Positions 30,681 through 39,483 of a stretch of 64,000 nucleotides of DNA are shown one piece after another. Every line of letters starts with the position of its first letter. Within the stretch, counting starts at the first letter, position 1. The notes beneath the pieces were generated by a model. The model made no database searches and had not been told where the DNA came from. It saw nothing but the letters and a program-made list of their open reading frames with translations. The translations under genes were made by a program, and so were the position numbers. The stretch is from Mycobacterium sp. Its GTDB lineage: Bacteria; Actinomycetota; Actinomycetes; Mycobacteriales; Mycobacteriaceae. The stretch spans positions 847 through 64,846 of the forward strand of contig CAXNJA010000003.1 of NCBI GenBank assembly GCA_964202555.1, given 5' to 3'.

Positions 30681-32033
30681 ATGGCACAGCCAGCACTGAA
30701 ACCCGGCCGCACCATCAACCGGGCCGACGCGGGCTATGAGGACGCGCGCCGCGGCGCGCTGTGGCGAATCAATATGCCCGATCGGTTCCCGGAGCGCATC
30801 GTGCAGGCCAACTCCATCGATGACGTGGTGGCCGCGGTTCGGGCGGCGAAGGCCGCCGGACAGCGGGTAAGCGTGCGCTCCGGCGGTCACAGTTGGTCGG
30901 CTAACCATGTGCGCGACGGCGGCGTGCTCATCGATGTATCTCGGCTGAGGGCATTTTCGGTCGATAAGTCTGCGATGACCGCCACGGCCGAACCCGGAAT
31001 GGGTGGCAGCGTGCTACTGGCCGAACTGATGAAACAGGATCTGTTCTTCCCGGTGGGCCACTGCCGCGGTGTGTGTATCGGTGGATATCTGCTTCAAGGC
31101 GGCTTCGGGTGGAACGGTCGCGCTTTCGGGCCCGCGTGCTCCAACGTCATCGCTATCGACTATGTCGACTCCGAAGGCGACCTGCGCCACGCAAGCGAGA
31201 CCGAGAACGCCGATATGGTTTGGGCTGCAAGAGGTTCCGGTCCTGACTTCTTCGGTGTCGTGGTTCGATTCCACCTACGCCTCTATCCAAAACCAGGGTT
31301 CATCGGGTCATCGATCATCACGTATCCGGCGGAGCGCCTCGCTGATCTCGTCCGCTGGGTGGACCGGGTGGGCCCGAACGTCCCTCCCGAGGTGGAGATG
31401 CAGTTCGTCATCTCTCGGAGCGTGTCGTTCCCACCACCGCTACGCCCACGATCGGTCACATCACCTGTGCTCATCGAGTTGGCCACTACCGTCATGGCCG
31501 AGTCCCGTTCGGCGGCCAAGGCCGCCACCGAATATACGAAGGGCGCGCCCAAAGGCGCTCGCCTACGAACGCCCCTGCTCCCGATGTCCATGTCGATGAT
31601 GTTTTCCGGCGTGATGCAGCACTACCCAGAAGCCAACTGGGAGACCGATAATCTCTGGACACACGCGGGCGCCGACGAAATCCTGCCGCATATTCACCGC
31701 ATCGCCGACACCATTCCAGCACCGCCCGCACACTTCCTGTGGCTGAACTGGGCGCCGACGACGAACCTCCCGGATATGGCGTACACGGTGGAGGACAGGA
31801 CATATCTGGCGTTCTACGGAGGCTGGCTCGCCGGCGCCGACGGCGCCGCCGCGACGCGTTGGGCGCGCGACAACGCCGCAGCCATGGAGTCGCTGTCGAC
31901 CGGGGTGCAGTTCGCCGACGACCCCGGGCGGCCCTCCCGCGGTGTTTCTGAGGCCGCGCAACATCGACTCGAGTCGATACGCGCGGTGCACGATCCGGAA
32001 GGCCGCTTCAACCGTTGGATCGGCGCGGTATGA
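30681..32033 (+). CDS. FAD-linked oxidase, VAO/PCMH family (BBE-like / 6-hydroxy-D-nicotine-oxidase-like)
   Basis: IVQANSIDDVVAAVRAAKAAGQRVSVRSGGHSW carries the His of RSGGH, which is the covalent-FAD site in this family. GGYLLQGGFGW follows. The C-terminal BBE-like ending is DPEGRFN. Confidence 0.8.
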   Translation: MAQPALKPGRTINRADAGYEDARRGALWRINMPDRFPERIVQANSIDDVVAAVRAAKAAGQRVSVRSGGHSWSANHVRDGGVLIDVSRLRAFSVDKSAMTATAEPGMGGSVLLAELMKQDLFFPVGHCRGVCIGGYLLQGGFGWNGRAFGPACSNVIAIDYVDSEGDLRHASETENADMVWAARGSGPDFFGVVVRFHLRLYPKPGFIGSSIITYPAERLADLVRWVDRVGPNVPPEVEMQFVISRSVSFPPPLRPRSVTSPVLIELATTVMAESRSAAKAATEYTKGAPKGARLRTPLLPMSMSMMFSGVMQHYPEANWETDNLWTHAGADEILPHIHRIADTIPAPPAHFLWLNWAPTTNLPDMAYTVEDRTYLAFYGGWLAGADGAAATRWARDNAAAMESLSTGVQFADDPGRPSRGVSEAAQHRLESIRAVHDPEGRFNRWIGAV

Positions 32034-32854
32034 AACTGCCCGCACCGAAGCACGTACCCGGGCGCCGATTCGGTTGGTCCGCGCACGAGCTCGCCACGCT
32101 GCCCTACGCCCGGTTCTGGAATCCGGTGATGGCCGACATCTCGGCCGACGCGCATCGCGCCGTGGCCAACAGCCCGATGGCCGAAGCGTTGTTTCCACCC
32201 ATGGCCCAGGCCATCGGCTCCATACCCGAGGCCGAAGTGCAGAACGGTTTCACTGTCACCTCCGACGGTGCGATGCACGTCAACATCGTCACCGAGATGC
32301 CCGATGTGACGCCAGTGATGATCGACTGGTGGTTCGGCTGGCACAGCGACAGCCCTGAGCGTTACCGGCTCTGGCACCCAATGGCCCATGTGCATGCGCA
32401 GTGGGCCACGTTGCCGCCTGCCGGCAGCACTGGGCGGGCCCGCTATGTGGGCTACACCTCCGAAGTCGACGAGTACCTCGGCAGCGCGATGATCCGCGGC
32501 GCCATCGCGTTCTGCCGGCCGGAGGAGTTGGGTCTGGTTGACGCGGCAGTGGCCGGTGGCGTGACCGCGACCGCGGTGTGTGCCCGTGTCGGCCTGGTCG
32601 ACATCCCTGTCGACATCGGCTATCTCGCACACCACGTCGCGGCCGTTCCCGGCGGCAGCATCATGCGGTCGCGATTCTGGCTCGGCGGTCCCAACCTCGC
32701 GGCGCGCTCGGTGCTGCTGGGTGCGGCGGTGCCGATGGTGAAGCGTGTGTTCGGGCTGACCGAGCTCGATGCCCGTGCAATGCTCGTGCACTGCTCCCAG
32801 GAAATGACGCACCTGGCGACGTTCCTACCGGCGCTTTACGAACAGGAGTCATGA
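32030..32854 (+). CDS. Conserved protein, possibly DAPG-hydrolase (PhlG)-like zinc C-C hydrolase
   Basis: ATGA overlap with the oxidase gene. WWFGWHSDSPERYRLWHPMAHV and the late HCSQE (H-x3-E) resemble, from memory, the PhlG family metal-ligand pattern. Not verified by search. Confidence 0.4.
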   Translation: MKLPAPKHVPGRRFGWSAHELATLPYARFWNPVMADISADAHRAVANSPMAEALFPPMAQAIGSIPEAEVQNGFTVTSDGAMHVNIVTEMPDVTPVMIDWWFGWHSDSPERYRLWHPMAHVHAQWATLPPAGSTGRARYVGYTSEVDEYLGSAMIRGAIAFCRPEELGLVDAAVAGGVTATAVCARVGLVDIPVDIGYLAHHVAAVPGGSIMRSRFWLGGPNLAARSVLLGAAVPMVKRVFGLTELDARAMLVHCSQEMTHLATFLPALYEQES

Positions 32855-33219
32855 CCATGGCGATCGATCCGCGTGGCGCCGACCTCAAACGACTACTGGC
32901 CGAGGATGACGGCGGTCCGTTCGTGATGCTGAACCTTCTGCGGTTCGCCGACGGAAAGCGCGAACAGTACGACGAGTACGTGCGGCGGGCCAGCGTGTTC
33001 GTCAAACGCTATGGCGGCGAACCTCTTTACTACGGCGACGGTTCGACGGTGCTCGCGGCCGAACCCGGTCAGGAGTGGGACGCGGTGGTGCTGGTGCGTT
33101 ACCCCAGCCGCGAGGCGTTCAGCCGGATGGTGGCCGACCCGCAGTATCACGCGATCTCGCACCTGCGAACCGAGGCGCTCACCGAGGCCGTGCTGCAGGC
33201 GACGACGCCGCGGGGCTAG
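32851..33219 (+). CDS. DUF1330 domain protein (dimeric alpha-beta barrel)
   Basis: GPFVMLNLLRF ... VVLVRYPSREAFSRMVADPQY is the DUF1330 signature. ATGA overlap with the upstream gene. Confidence 0.7.
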   Translation: MTMAIDPRGADLKRLLAEDDGGPFVMLNLLRFADGKREQYDEYVRRASVFVKRYGGEPLYYGDGSTVLAAEPGQEWDAVVLVRYPSREAFSRMVADPQYHAISHLRTEALTEAVLQATTPRG

Positions 33220-34787
33220 CGGGCCCCGTCCAGTTGTCGGCCGGTCTCGTCGATCTGCCTGACCGGACCGGTGAACCAACGCTTGACCGAGGCGTGCCAG
33301 TACAGCCAGAGCAGCACCAGCACGCCGCCCACCACCAGTGGGGTGTAGTTGACGAACTTCCACTCGAAGCTGGGATCCCACGGCATGCCGCCCAGCGAAG
33401 TCGGGAACATCGCGATGATCGCGGTGACGATGATCTCGGCCAGTGCCACCGGCGCGATCCAGCGGTAATGGCCGCGCAGGTTCCAGCGGCCGGCCTGGAA
33501 GGAGTCCCCGGCCTTCCAGCGGTAGTAGATCGGCACCGCGAAACACAGATACAGGCCGACCACACCGATGGACACCACAGCGAAGAACGCCACCGGAACC
33601 GGCGCCCCGTTGATGTCCACCTCGACAAGTGCGGGAAGTGTCAGAACCGCGGCGAGTACGGCGGTCACGATCACCGCGTTGGCCGGTACCCGGTTGGCGT
33701 TGATCTTCGACCACAGTTGATGGCCGGGCACGGCCCGGTCCCGGCTGAACGCGAACAGCATCCGCGATGCACTGGTCTGACAGGCGGTGGTGCAGAACAA
33801 CTGACCCGCGGTGGAGATGAGCAGCACCGCCGCGGCCCACTTGGAGGTCAGCGCCTGGTTGAAGATGGCCGCCACCGCGCCACCGGCCTCCGATACCCCG
33901 TCGACGTCCTGCACGGCGAACAGGAACGTCAGCAGCAGGAGCCAGCCGCCGATCATCGAGTAGAAGATCGACCGCCAAATTCCCTGCGCGGCGGCGTTGG
34001 CGGCGCTCTTGGTCTCCTCGGACAGATGCGCCGAGGCGTCGTACCCGGTGATCGTGTACTGGGTGAGGATCGCCGAGATCGGCAGCACGAACAGCAGCCA
34101 GCCCCATCCGGAGGTGGATCCGCCGAACATGCCGCTGTTGTTGACGGTCGTGGTGAACACCTCACCGACGCTGGCATGCCGCTCGGGCACCAGCCACAGG
34201 ATCGCGATCACCGCAGCGGCTCCGGCGACATGCCACCACACCGAGATGTTGTTGATGACGGCGAGCAGGTGGCTGGAGAAGATGTTGATGACGGCCACGA
34301 CGGCCAGGATCAGCACGAACATCACGAACACCCGCGTGAGGCTGTAGCCGGCCAGCCAGCTCTCGCTGAGGGTGCCCAGCGTCAGGTCCAGGAAGGTCGC
34401 GCTGCCGTAGGCCACCGAGGCCAGGATCGCGATCAGGCCGATCAGATTCAGCCACCCGGTGTAGTAGCCGGCTTTAGGGCCGCCGAGTTTGGCTGCCCAC
34501 CAGTAGATCCCCCCGGAGGTCGGATACGCCGAGACCAGTTCGGACAGGCAGAAGCCCACCAGCAGAATGAACGTCCCCACGATCGGCCAACCCCAGGCGA
34601 TGGCGGCCGGGCCGCCGTTGTTCCAACCCAGGCCGAACGAGGTGAAGCACCCGGCCAGGATCGAGATGATCGAGAATGAGATCGCGAAGTTGGAGAAACC
34701 CGACCACGACCGCTGCAGTTCCTGGCTGTATCCCAGCTTGGCCAGGTGCAGTTCGTCCTCGTCGAGCAGTTCGTGACCTTCAGGCAT
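33216..34787 (-). CDS. APC-superfamily amino acid / amine permease
   Basis: 523 aa, about 12 TM helices. The N-terminal FSNFAISFSIISILAGC..GGPAAIAWGWPIV is typical of amino acid/polyamine/ethanolamine permeases. Divergent from glnA4. Confidence 0.85.
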   Translation of the reverse strand: MPEGHELLDEDELHLAKLGYSQELQRSWSGFSNFAISFSIISILAGCFTSFGLGWNNGGPAAIAWGWPIVGTFILLVGFCLSELVSAYPTSGGIYWWAAKLGGPKAGYYTGWLNLIGLIAILASVAYGSATFLDLTLGTLSESWLAGYSLTRVFVMFVLILAVVAVINIFSSHLLAVINNISVWWHVAGAAAVIAILWLVPERHASVGEVFTTTVNNSGMFGGSTSGWGWLLFVLPISAILTQYTITGYDASAHLSEETKSAANAAAQGIWRSIFYSMIGGWLLLLTFLFAVQDVDGVSEAGGAVAAIFNQALTSKWAAAVLLISTAGQLFCTTACQTSASRMLFAFSRDRAVPGHQLWSKINANRVPANAVIVTAVLAAVLTLPALVEVDINGAPVPVAFFAVVSIGVVGLYLCFAVPIYYRWKAGDSFQAGRWNLRGHYRWIAPVALAEIIVTAIIAMFPTSLGGMPWDPSFEWKFVNYTPLVVGGVLVLLWLYWHASVKRWFTGPVRQIDETGRQLDGAR

Positions 34788-34802
34788 GGCGGGTGCCCCT
34801 TC

Positions 34803-34853
34803 GGCTTTGCGGCAGTGCTGGCTTTACGGCAGTGCTGGCTTTGCGGCAGTGCT
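34803..34853. repeat. 17-bp tandem direct repeat x3 (ggctttRcggcagtgct)
   Basis: Read directly at 34803, 34820 and 34837. It starts 16 nt upstream of the permease start codon, in the permease/glnA4 divergent region. Confidence 0.9.
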
Positions 34854-34961
34854 GGGGACACTAGGCGCTACACCGCTCCGGTGGCCTACCTTTCATAGCT
34901 GAGGCCGGTGTCGATCGTGTTAAACCTTTGCGCCTGCCCAGTCGAGGAGTACATGTGAGGA

Positions 34962-36350
34962 GTGCATGTGAGCGCTGAGGGTGCCGGGCGGCGTCGGGGT
35001 CTGCTGAGCGCCGGCGAGTTGGATCGGCTGATGGCGGCCGATGAGATCGACACCGTCATCGTCGCGTTCGCCGACATGCAGGGCAGGCTGACCGGAAAAC
35101 GGGTGTCGGCCCGACTGTTCGCCGAGGAGGTCGCCGAGCACGGCGCCGAGTGCTGTGACTATCTGCTGGCCGTGGATGCCGAGATGAACACCGTCGAGGG
35201 CTATCGGATGTCCAATTGGGACTCCGGCTACGGAGATATGGTGATGCGCCCCGATCCGTCCACGCTGCGGGTACTGCCGTGGCTGCCCGGGACGGCGCTG
35301 GTGATGGCCGACTTACATTGGCACAGTGGTGATCTGGTGGCGGCCGCGCCGCGTAGCGTGCTGCGCACCCAGACCGACCGGCTGGCTGTGCGCGGACTGA
35401 CGGCTTTCGTCGGAACCGAGTTGGAGTTCATGGTGTTCGACGACACCTATCGCGACGCCTGGGCGGCCGGCTATCGGAATCTGACCAAAGCCAGCGACTA
35501 CAACATCGACTACGCCATCCACGCCTCGACCCGGATGGAACCGCTGCTGCGCGACATCCGCCGGGGCATGGACGGTGCGGGCATGTACTGCGAGGGCGTG
35601 AAGGGTGAATGCAATGCCGGCCAGCAGGAGATCGCATTCCGCTACGACGACGCCCTCATCACCTGCGACAACCACACGATCTACAAGAACGGGGCCAAGG
35701 AGATCGCCGACCTCCACGGCCAGAGCCTGACCTTCATGGCGAAGTTCGACGAACGGGAGGGGAACAGCTGCCACATCCACCTGTCGTTGCGCGGAACCGA
35801 GGGCGCCGCGGTGCTCGCCGACGATGGTGAGCCGTTGGGGATGTCCCCTATGTTCCGCAGCTTCCTGGCCGGGCAACTCGCGACGCTTCGTGAACTGACC
35901 CTGTTCTACGCCCCGAACATCAACTCCTACAAGCGATTCACCGAAGGCAGCTTCGCGCCGACGGCGGTCGCCTGGGGTATGGACAACCGGACCTGCGCCA
36001 TGCGGGTAGTGGGTCACGGACACTCCATGCGGGTCGAGTGCCGGGCGCCGGGCGGCGACGTCAACCCCTATCTGGCAGTGGCGGCGCTGATCGCCGGCGG
36101 ATTGCACGGCGTCGAGCGCGGCCTGGAGTTGCCCGAACCGGTTACCGGCAACGCCTACGCCGGCGACGCCCCGCGACTGCCGGCCACCTTGGCCGAGGCC
36201 GCTGAGGAGTTCGCCGCCTCCACCGTGGCCCGGGAGGCGTTCGGCGACGAGGTGGTCGAGCACTACCTCAACAACGCCCGGGTGGAACTGGCCGGGTTCA
36301 ACTCGGCGGTGACCGACTGGGAGCGGGTGCGCGGTTTTGAGCGGTTCTAA
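34962..36350 (+). CDS. glnA4: Glutamine-synthetase-family gamma-glutamyl ligase (GlnA4-type)
   Basis: GS catalytic blocks: ELEFMVF, NAGQQEIAF, GNSCHIHLSL, NSYKRF, NRTCAMRV. The start may be GTG 34962 or GTG 34968; the latter has GAGGAG 5 nt upstream. Confidence 0.85.
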   Translation: MHVSAEGAGRRRGLLSAGELDRLMAADEIDTVIVAFADMQGRLTGKRVSARLFAEEVAEHGAECCDYLLAVDAEMNTVEGYRMSNWDSGYGDMVMRPDPSTLRVLPWLPGTALVMADLHWHSGDLVAAAPRSVLRTQTDRLAVRGLTAFVGTELEFMVFDDTYRDAWAAGYRNLTKASDYNIDYAIHASTRMEPLLRDIRRGMDGAGMYCEGVKGECNAGQQEIAFRYDDALITCDNHTIYKNGAKEIADLHGQSLTFMAKFDEREGNSCHIHLSLRGTEGAAVLADDGEPLGMSPMFRSFLAGQLATLRELTLFYAPNINSYKRFTEGSFAPTAVAWGMDNRTCAMRVVGHGHSMRVECRAPGGDVNPYLAVAALIAGGLHGVERGLELPEPVTGNAYAGDAPRLPATLAEAAEEFAASTVAREAFGDEVVEHYLNNARVELAGFNSAVTDWERVRGFERF

Positions 36351-37122
36351 GCCGGTTCCCCCCGCGTCGTCCCCCGCGCCGTCCCCCGCGAGCAGACATC
36401 CGGTCATCGGGCTGACCACCTACCGCCAGCAGGCGCGCAGCGGGGTGTGGGATGTACACGCCAGCTTCCTGCCCGGTGTATACCTCGACGGGGTCACCCT
36501 GGCCGGCGGGATTGCCGCGCTGCTCCCGCCGCAATCGGTCGACGCCGACATCGCCGCCCGGGTGCTCGACACCGTCGACGGGCTGATCATCACCGGTGGC
36601 AAGGACCTCGACCCGGCCGCCTACGGCCAGGCGCCCCATCCGTGCACCGAGAAACCGGCCCCCGATCGCGACGAATGGGAGTTCGCTCTGCTGGCGGCGG
36701 CGCTGCGCCGGCGGATGCCGGTGCTGGGTATCTGCCGCGGCGCCCAGGTGCTCAATGTCGCCCTCGGTGGCACCCTGCACCAGCACCTGCCCGACGTGGT
36801 CGGTCACTGCGGCCACCGGGCCGGTGACGCGGTGTTCGCCACCTCTGGCGTGAGCATCGTCGAGGGCAGTCGGGTGCGACGGCTGCTGGGATCGAGCGTG
36901 CAGGTCAAGTGCTACCACCATCAGGCCATCGACCGGCTCGGTGCGGGTCTGGTGGTCAGCGCCGTCGACGCCGATGGTGTGATCGAGGCGGTCGAACTGA
37001 CCGGACCGGAATTTGTGGTGGCCGTGCAGTGGCATCCCGAGGAGACCCTTGACGACCTGCGGATCTTCAGCGGACTCGTCGACGCCGCACGGGACTACGC
37101 GACAGCGACGAAGGAGGGGTGA
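36337..37122 (+). CDS. Gamma-glutamyl-amine hydrolase, class-I glutamine amidotransferase / peptidase C26 (PuuD-like)
   Basis: VLGICRGAQVLNVALGGTLHQHL (nucleophile Cys) and AVQWHPE (His/Glu). Overlaps the glnA4 3' end by 14 nt. Confidence 0.8.
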   Translation: MSGSKPVPPASSPAPSPASRHPVIGLTTYRQQARSGVWDVHASFLPGVYLDGVTLAGGIAALLPPQSVDADIAARVLDTVDGLIITGGKDLDPAAYGQAPHPCTEKPAPDRDEWEFALLAAALRRRMPVLGICRGAQVLNVALGGTLHQHLPDVVGHCGHRAGDAVFATSGVSIVEGSRVRRLLGSSVQVKCYHHQAIDRLGAGLVVSAVDADGVIEAVELTGPEFVVAVQWHPEETLDDLRIFSGLVDAARDYATATKEG

Positions 37123-37123
37123 G

Positions 37124-38491
37124 TTGGCGACCACGCAACTGATCAACCCGGCTACCGAGGACGTTCTGCAGACCGTCGAACTGCTCGACGCCGCCGCAGT
37201 CGATGATGCGGTGGCGCGGGCGAAAGTCGCGCAGAAGGCCTGGGCCGCATCGGCGCCCGCCGACCGGGCCGCGGCGCTGCGGTCATTCGCCGCCGTCGTC
37301 GACGCCCATATCGGTGAACTCGCCGCGCTGGAAGTGGCCAACTCCGGTCACCCGGTGTCGGCGGCCGAATGGGAGGCCGGCCATGTGCGCGACGTGCTGC
37401 AGTACTACTCGGCGTCCCCGGAGCGGTTGATCGGCCGTCAGATTCCGGTCGCCGGTGGCCTGGACGTGACCTTCCACGAGCCCATTGGGGTCATCGGGGT
37501 GATCACCCCGTGGAATTTCCCGATGCCGATCGCGGCGTGGGGTTTCGCGCCGGCGTTGGCGGCCGGGAACGCGGTGTTGCTCAAGCCCGCCGAGTGGACG
37601 CCGCTGACCAGCATCCGGCTCGGGGAACTGGCGGTACAGGCCGGCGTGCCGGCGGATGTGTTCCAGGTGTTGCCCGGCAAGGGCAGCGTGGTGGGGGAGC
37701 GGTTCGTCAGCCACCCGGGTGTGGGCAAACTGGTGTTCACCGGCTCCACGGAGATCGGCACCCGGGTGATGGCCGGCGCCGCTGAGCAGATCAAACGGGT
37801 GACCCTGGAACTGGGCGGCAAGAGCGCCAACATCGTCTTCGACGACTGCGACCTGGAGCGGGCCGCGGCCACCGCGCCCTACGGGGTGTTCGACAACGCC
37901 GGCCAGGACTGCTGCGCCCGCAGCCGGATCCTGGTGCAGCGCAGTGTCTTCGACAAGTTCATGGAGCTGCTCGAACCTGCGGTCAAGGGCGTCGTGGTTG
38001 GTGATCCCGCGCACCGCGACACCGAGATGGGGCCACTGGTGTCGCGGCCGCACTGGGAGTCGGTGGCGTCCTATGTCCCTGACGATGCGCCGATAGCATT
38101 CCGCGGCTCAGCGCCGCAGGGGCCCGGATATTGGTTCCCGCCAACGGTTCTGACTCCGGATCGGGCCGACCGGACGGTGACCGAGGAGATCTTCGGGCCG
38201 GTGGTCGCGGTACTGCCGTTCGAGGATGAAGCCGACGCCATCGGGTTGGCCAACGCCACCGACTACGGTCTGTCGGGTTCCATCTGGACCGAGAACCTGT
38301 CCCGCGCGATGCGGGTGTCGCGGGCGGTCGAGGCAGGCAACCTCAGCGTCAACTCGCACTCCTCGGTGCGCTACAACACCCCCTTCGGGGGGTTCAAACG
38401 GTCCGGCCTGGGCCGCGAACTCGGGCCTGATGCCCCAGAGCATTTCACCGAAACCAAGAATGTGTTCTTCGCGATTGGAGAGGCCCCGTGA
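37124..38491 (+). CDS. NAD-dependent aldehyde dehydrogenase (AldC-like)
   Basis: ITPWNFP, FTGSTEIG, LELGGKSANIVF, GQDCCARSR (catalytic Cys) and EEIFGPV motifs. TTG start at 37124 follows aaggagggg. The ORF-track start at 37013 overlaps the previous gene. Confidence 0.85.
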   Translation: MATTQLINPATEDVLQTVELLDAAAVDDAVARAKVAQKAWAASAPADRAAALRSFAAVVDAHIGELAALEVANSGHPVSAAEWEAGHVRDVLQYYSASPERLIGRQIPVAGGLDVTFHEPIGVIGVITPWNFPMPIAAWGFAPALAAGNAVLLKPAEWTPLTSIRLGELAVQAGVPADVFQVLPGKGSVVGERFVSHPGVGKLVFTGSTEIGTRVMAGAAEQIKRVTLELGGKSANIVFDDCDLERAAATAPYGVFDNAGQDCCARSRILVQRSVFDKFMELLEPAVKGVVVGDPAHRDTEMGPLVSRPHWESVASYVPDDAPIAFRGSAPQGPGYWFPPTVLTPDRADRTVTEEIFGPVVAVLPFEDEADAIGLANATDYGLSGSIWTENLSRAMRVSRAVEAGNLSVNSHSSVRYNTPFGGFKRSGLGRELGPDAPEHFTETKNVFFAIGEAP

Positions 38492-39276
38492 CCCCCGCAC
38501 CCATTGACCTGACCCAGCGACTGGCCGGAAAGGTCGCCGTCATCACCGGAGCGGCCAGCGGGATCGGACTGGCCGCGGCCCGCCGGATGCGCGCCGAAGG
38601 GGCCACCATCGTCGTGGCCGACATCGACCCGCACACCGGCCAACCGGTGGCCGACGAACTCGGCGGACTCTTCGTCGCCGTCGACGTTTCCGACGAAGGC
38701 CAGGTCAACAACCTCTTCGACACCGCGGCGGCCACCTACGGATCGGTGGACATCGCGTTCAACAACGCCGGTATCTCCCCGCCCGACGACGACCTCATCG
38801 AGACCACCGAACTGCCCGCCTGGCAGCGGGTGCAGGACGTGAACCTCACGAGTGTGTATCTGTGCTGCCGGGCGGCGCTGCGCCATATGGTGCCGGCCGG
38901 CAAGGGCTCGATCATCAACACCGCCTCCTTCGTGGCGGTGATGGGGTCGGCAACCTCGCAGATCTCCTACACCGCGTCCAAGGGCGGGGTGCTGGCGATG
39001 TCGCGCGAACTCGGGGTGCAGTTCGCCCGGCAGGGCATCCGGGTCAACGCACTGTGTCCCGGACCGGTGAACACCCCGTTGCTGCAGGAACTGTTCGCCA
39101 AGGACCCCGAACGCGCGGCCCGCAGGTTGGTGCACATCCCACTCGGGCGCTTCGCCGAAGCCGACGAATTGGCCGCCGCGGTGGCTTTCCTGGCCAGTGA
39201 TGACGCCTCGTTCATCACCGCCTCGACCTTCCTGGTCGACGGCGGCATCAGTTCGGCCTATGTGACTCCGCTATAG
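38488..39276 (+). CDS. Short-chain dehydrogenase/reductase (SDR)
   Basis: AVITGAASGIGLA (TGxxxGxG), NNAG, and YTASKGG (YxxxK). GTGA overlap with the aldehyde dehydrogenase stop. Confidence 0.9.
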   Translation: MTPAPIDLTQRLAGKVAVITGAASGIGLAAARRMRAEGATIVVADIDPHTGQPVADELGGLFVAVDVSDEGQVNNLFDTAAATYGSVDIAFNNAGISPPDDDLIETTELPAWQRVQDVNLTSVYLCCRAALRHMVPAGKGSIINTASFVAVMGSATSQISYTASKGGVLAMSRELGVQFARQGIRVNALCPGPVNTPLLQELFAKDPERAARRLVHIPLGRFAEADELAAAVAFLASDDASFITASTFLVDGGISSAYVTPL

Positions 39277-39295
39277 GGGCCACACCGCTGTGAGT

Positions 39296-39483
39296 CCACC
39301 CGCTGGCGGCGCGGCCCGCGGTATGGTCAGCGGGCAAGAGTCGGACGGTGCGGAAACCGGTGAGATCCCGGTGCGGTCGCGCCACTGTATTCCCGCCACG
39401 GTTTGCACAACCGGGGTGGGGGAGCCAGACCTCCCGCCCGACGTCACCCGCAACGGGGACGCGTCATCCCCAGGAGGTAGTCC
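39296..39483 (+). promoter_or_regulatory. Cobalamin (B12) riboswitch leader
   Basis: Core GGTGCGGAAACCGGTGAGATCCCGGTGCGGTCGCGCCACTGT contains the conserved GCCACTG at 39381-39387. A B12-box-like GGAGCCAGACCTCCCGCC sits at 39421-39438. A downstream hairpin (GGGGA-N7-TCCCC) abuts the RBS AGGAGG. CCTCC in the B12 box could sequester the RBS. Confidence 0.7.

Noticed and set aside
33075-34679. 534-aa plus-strand ORF antisense to the APC permease
   Set aside because: The minus-strand product is a clear 12-TM permease. The plus-frame translation is charged low complexity (R, D, G, H, Q) with no motif.
34803-34853. Tandem repeats here and at 13378-13458 as possible CRISPR arrays
   Set aside because: The units are contiguous without spacers, there are only three copies of 17 or 27 bp, and no cas genes are present in the window.
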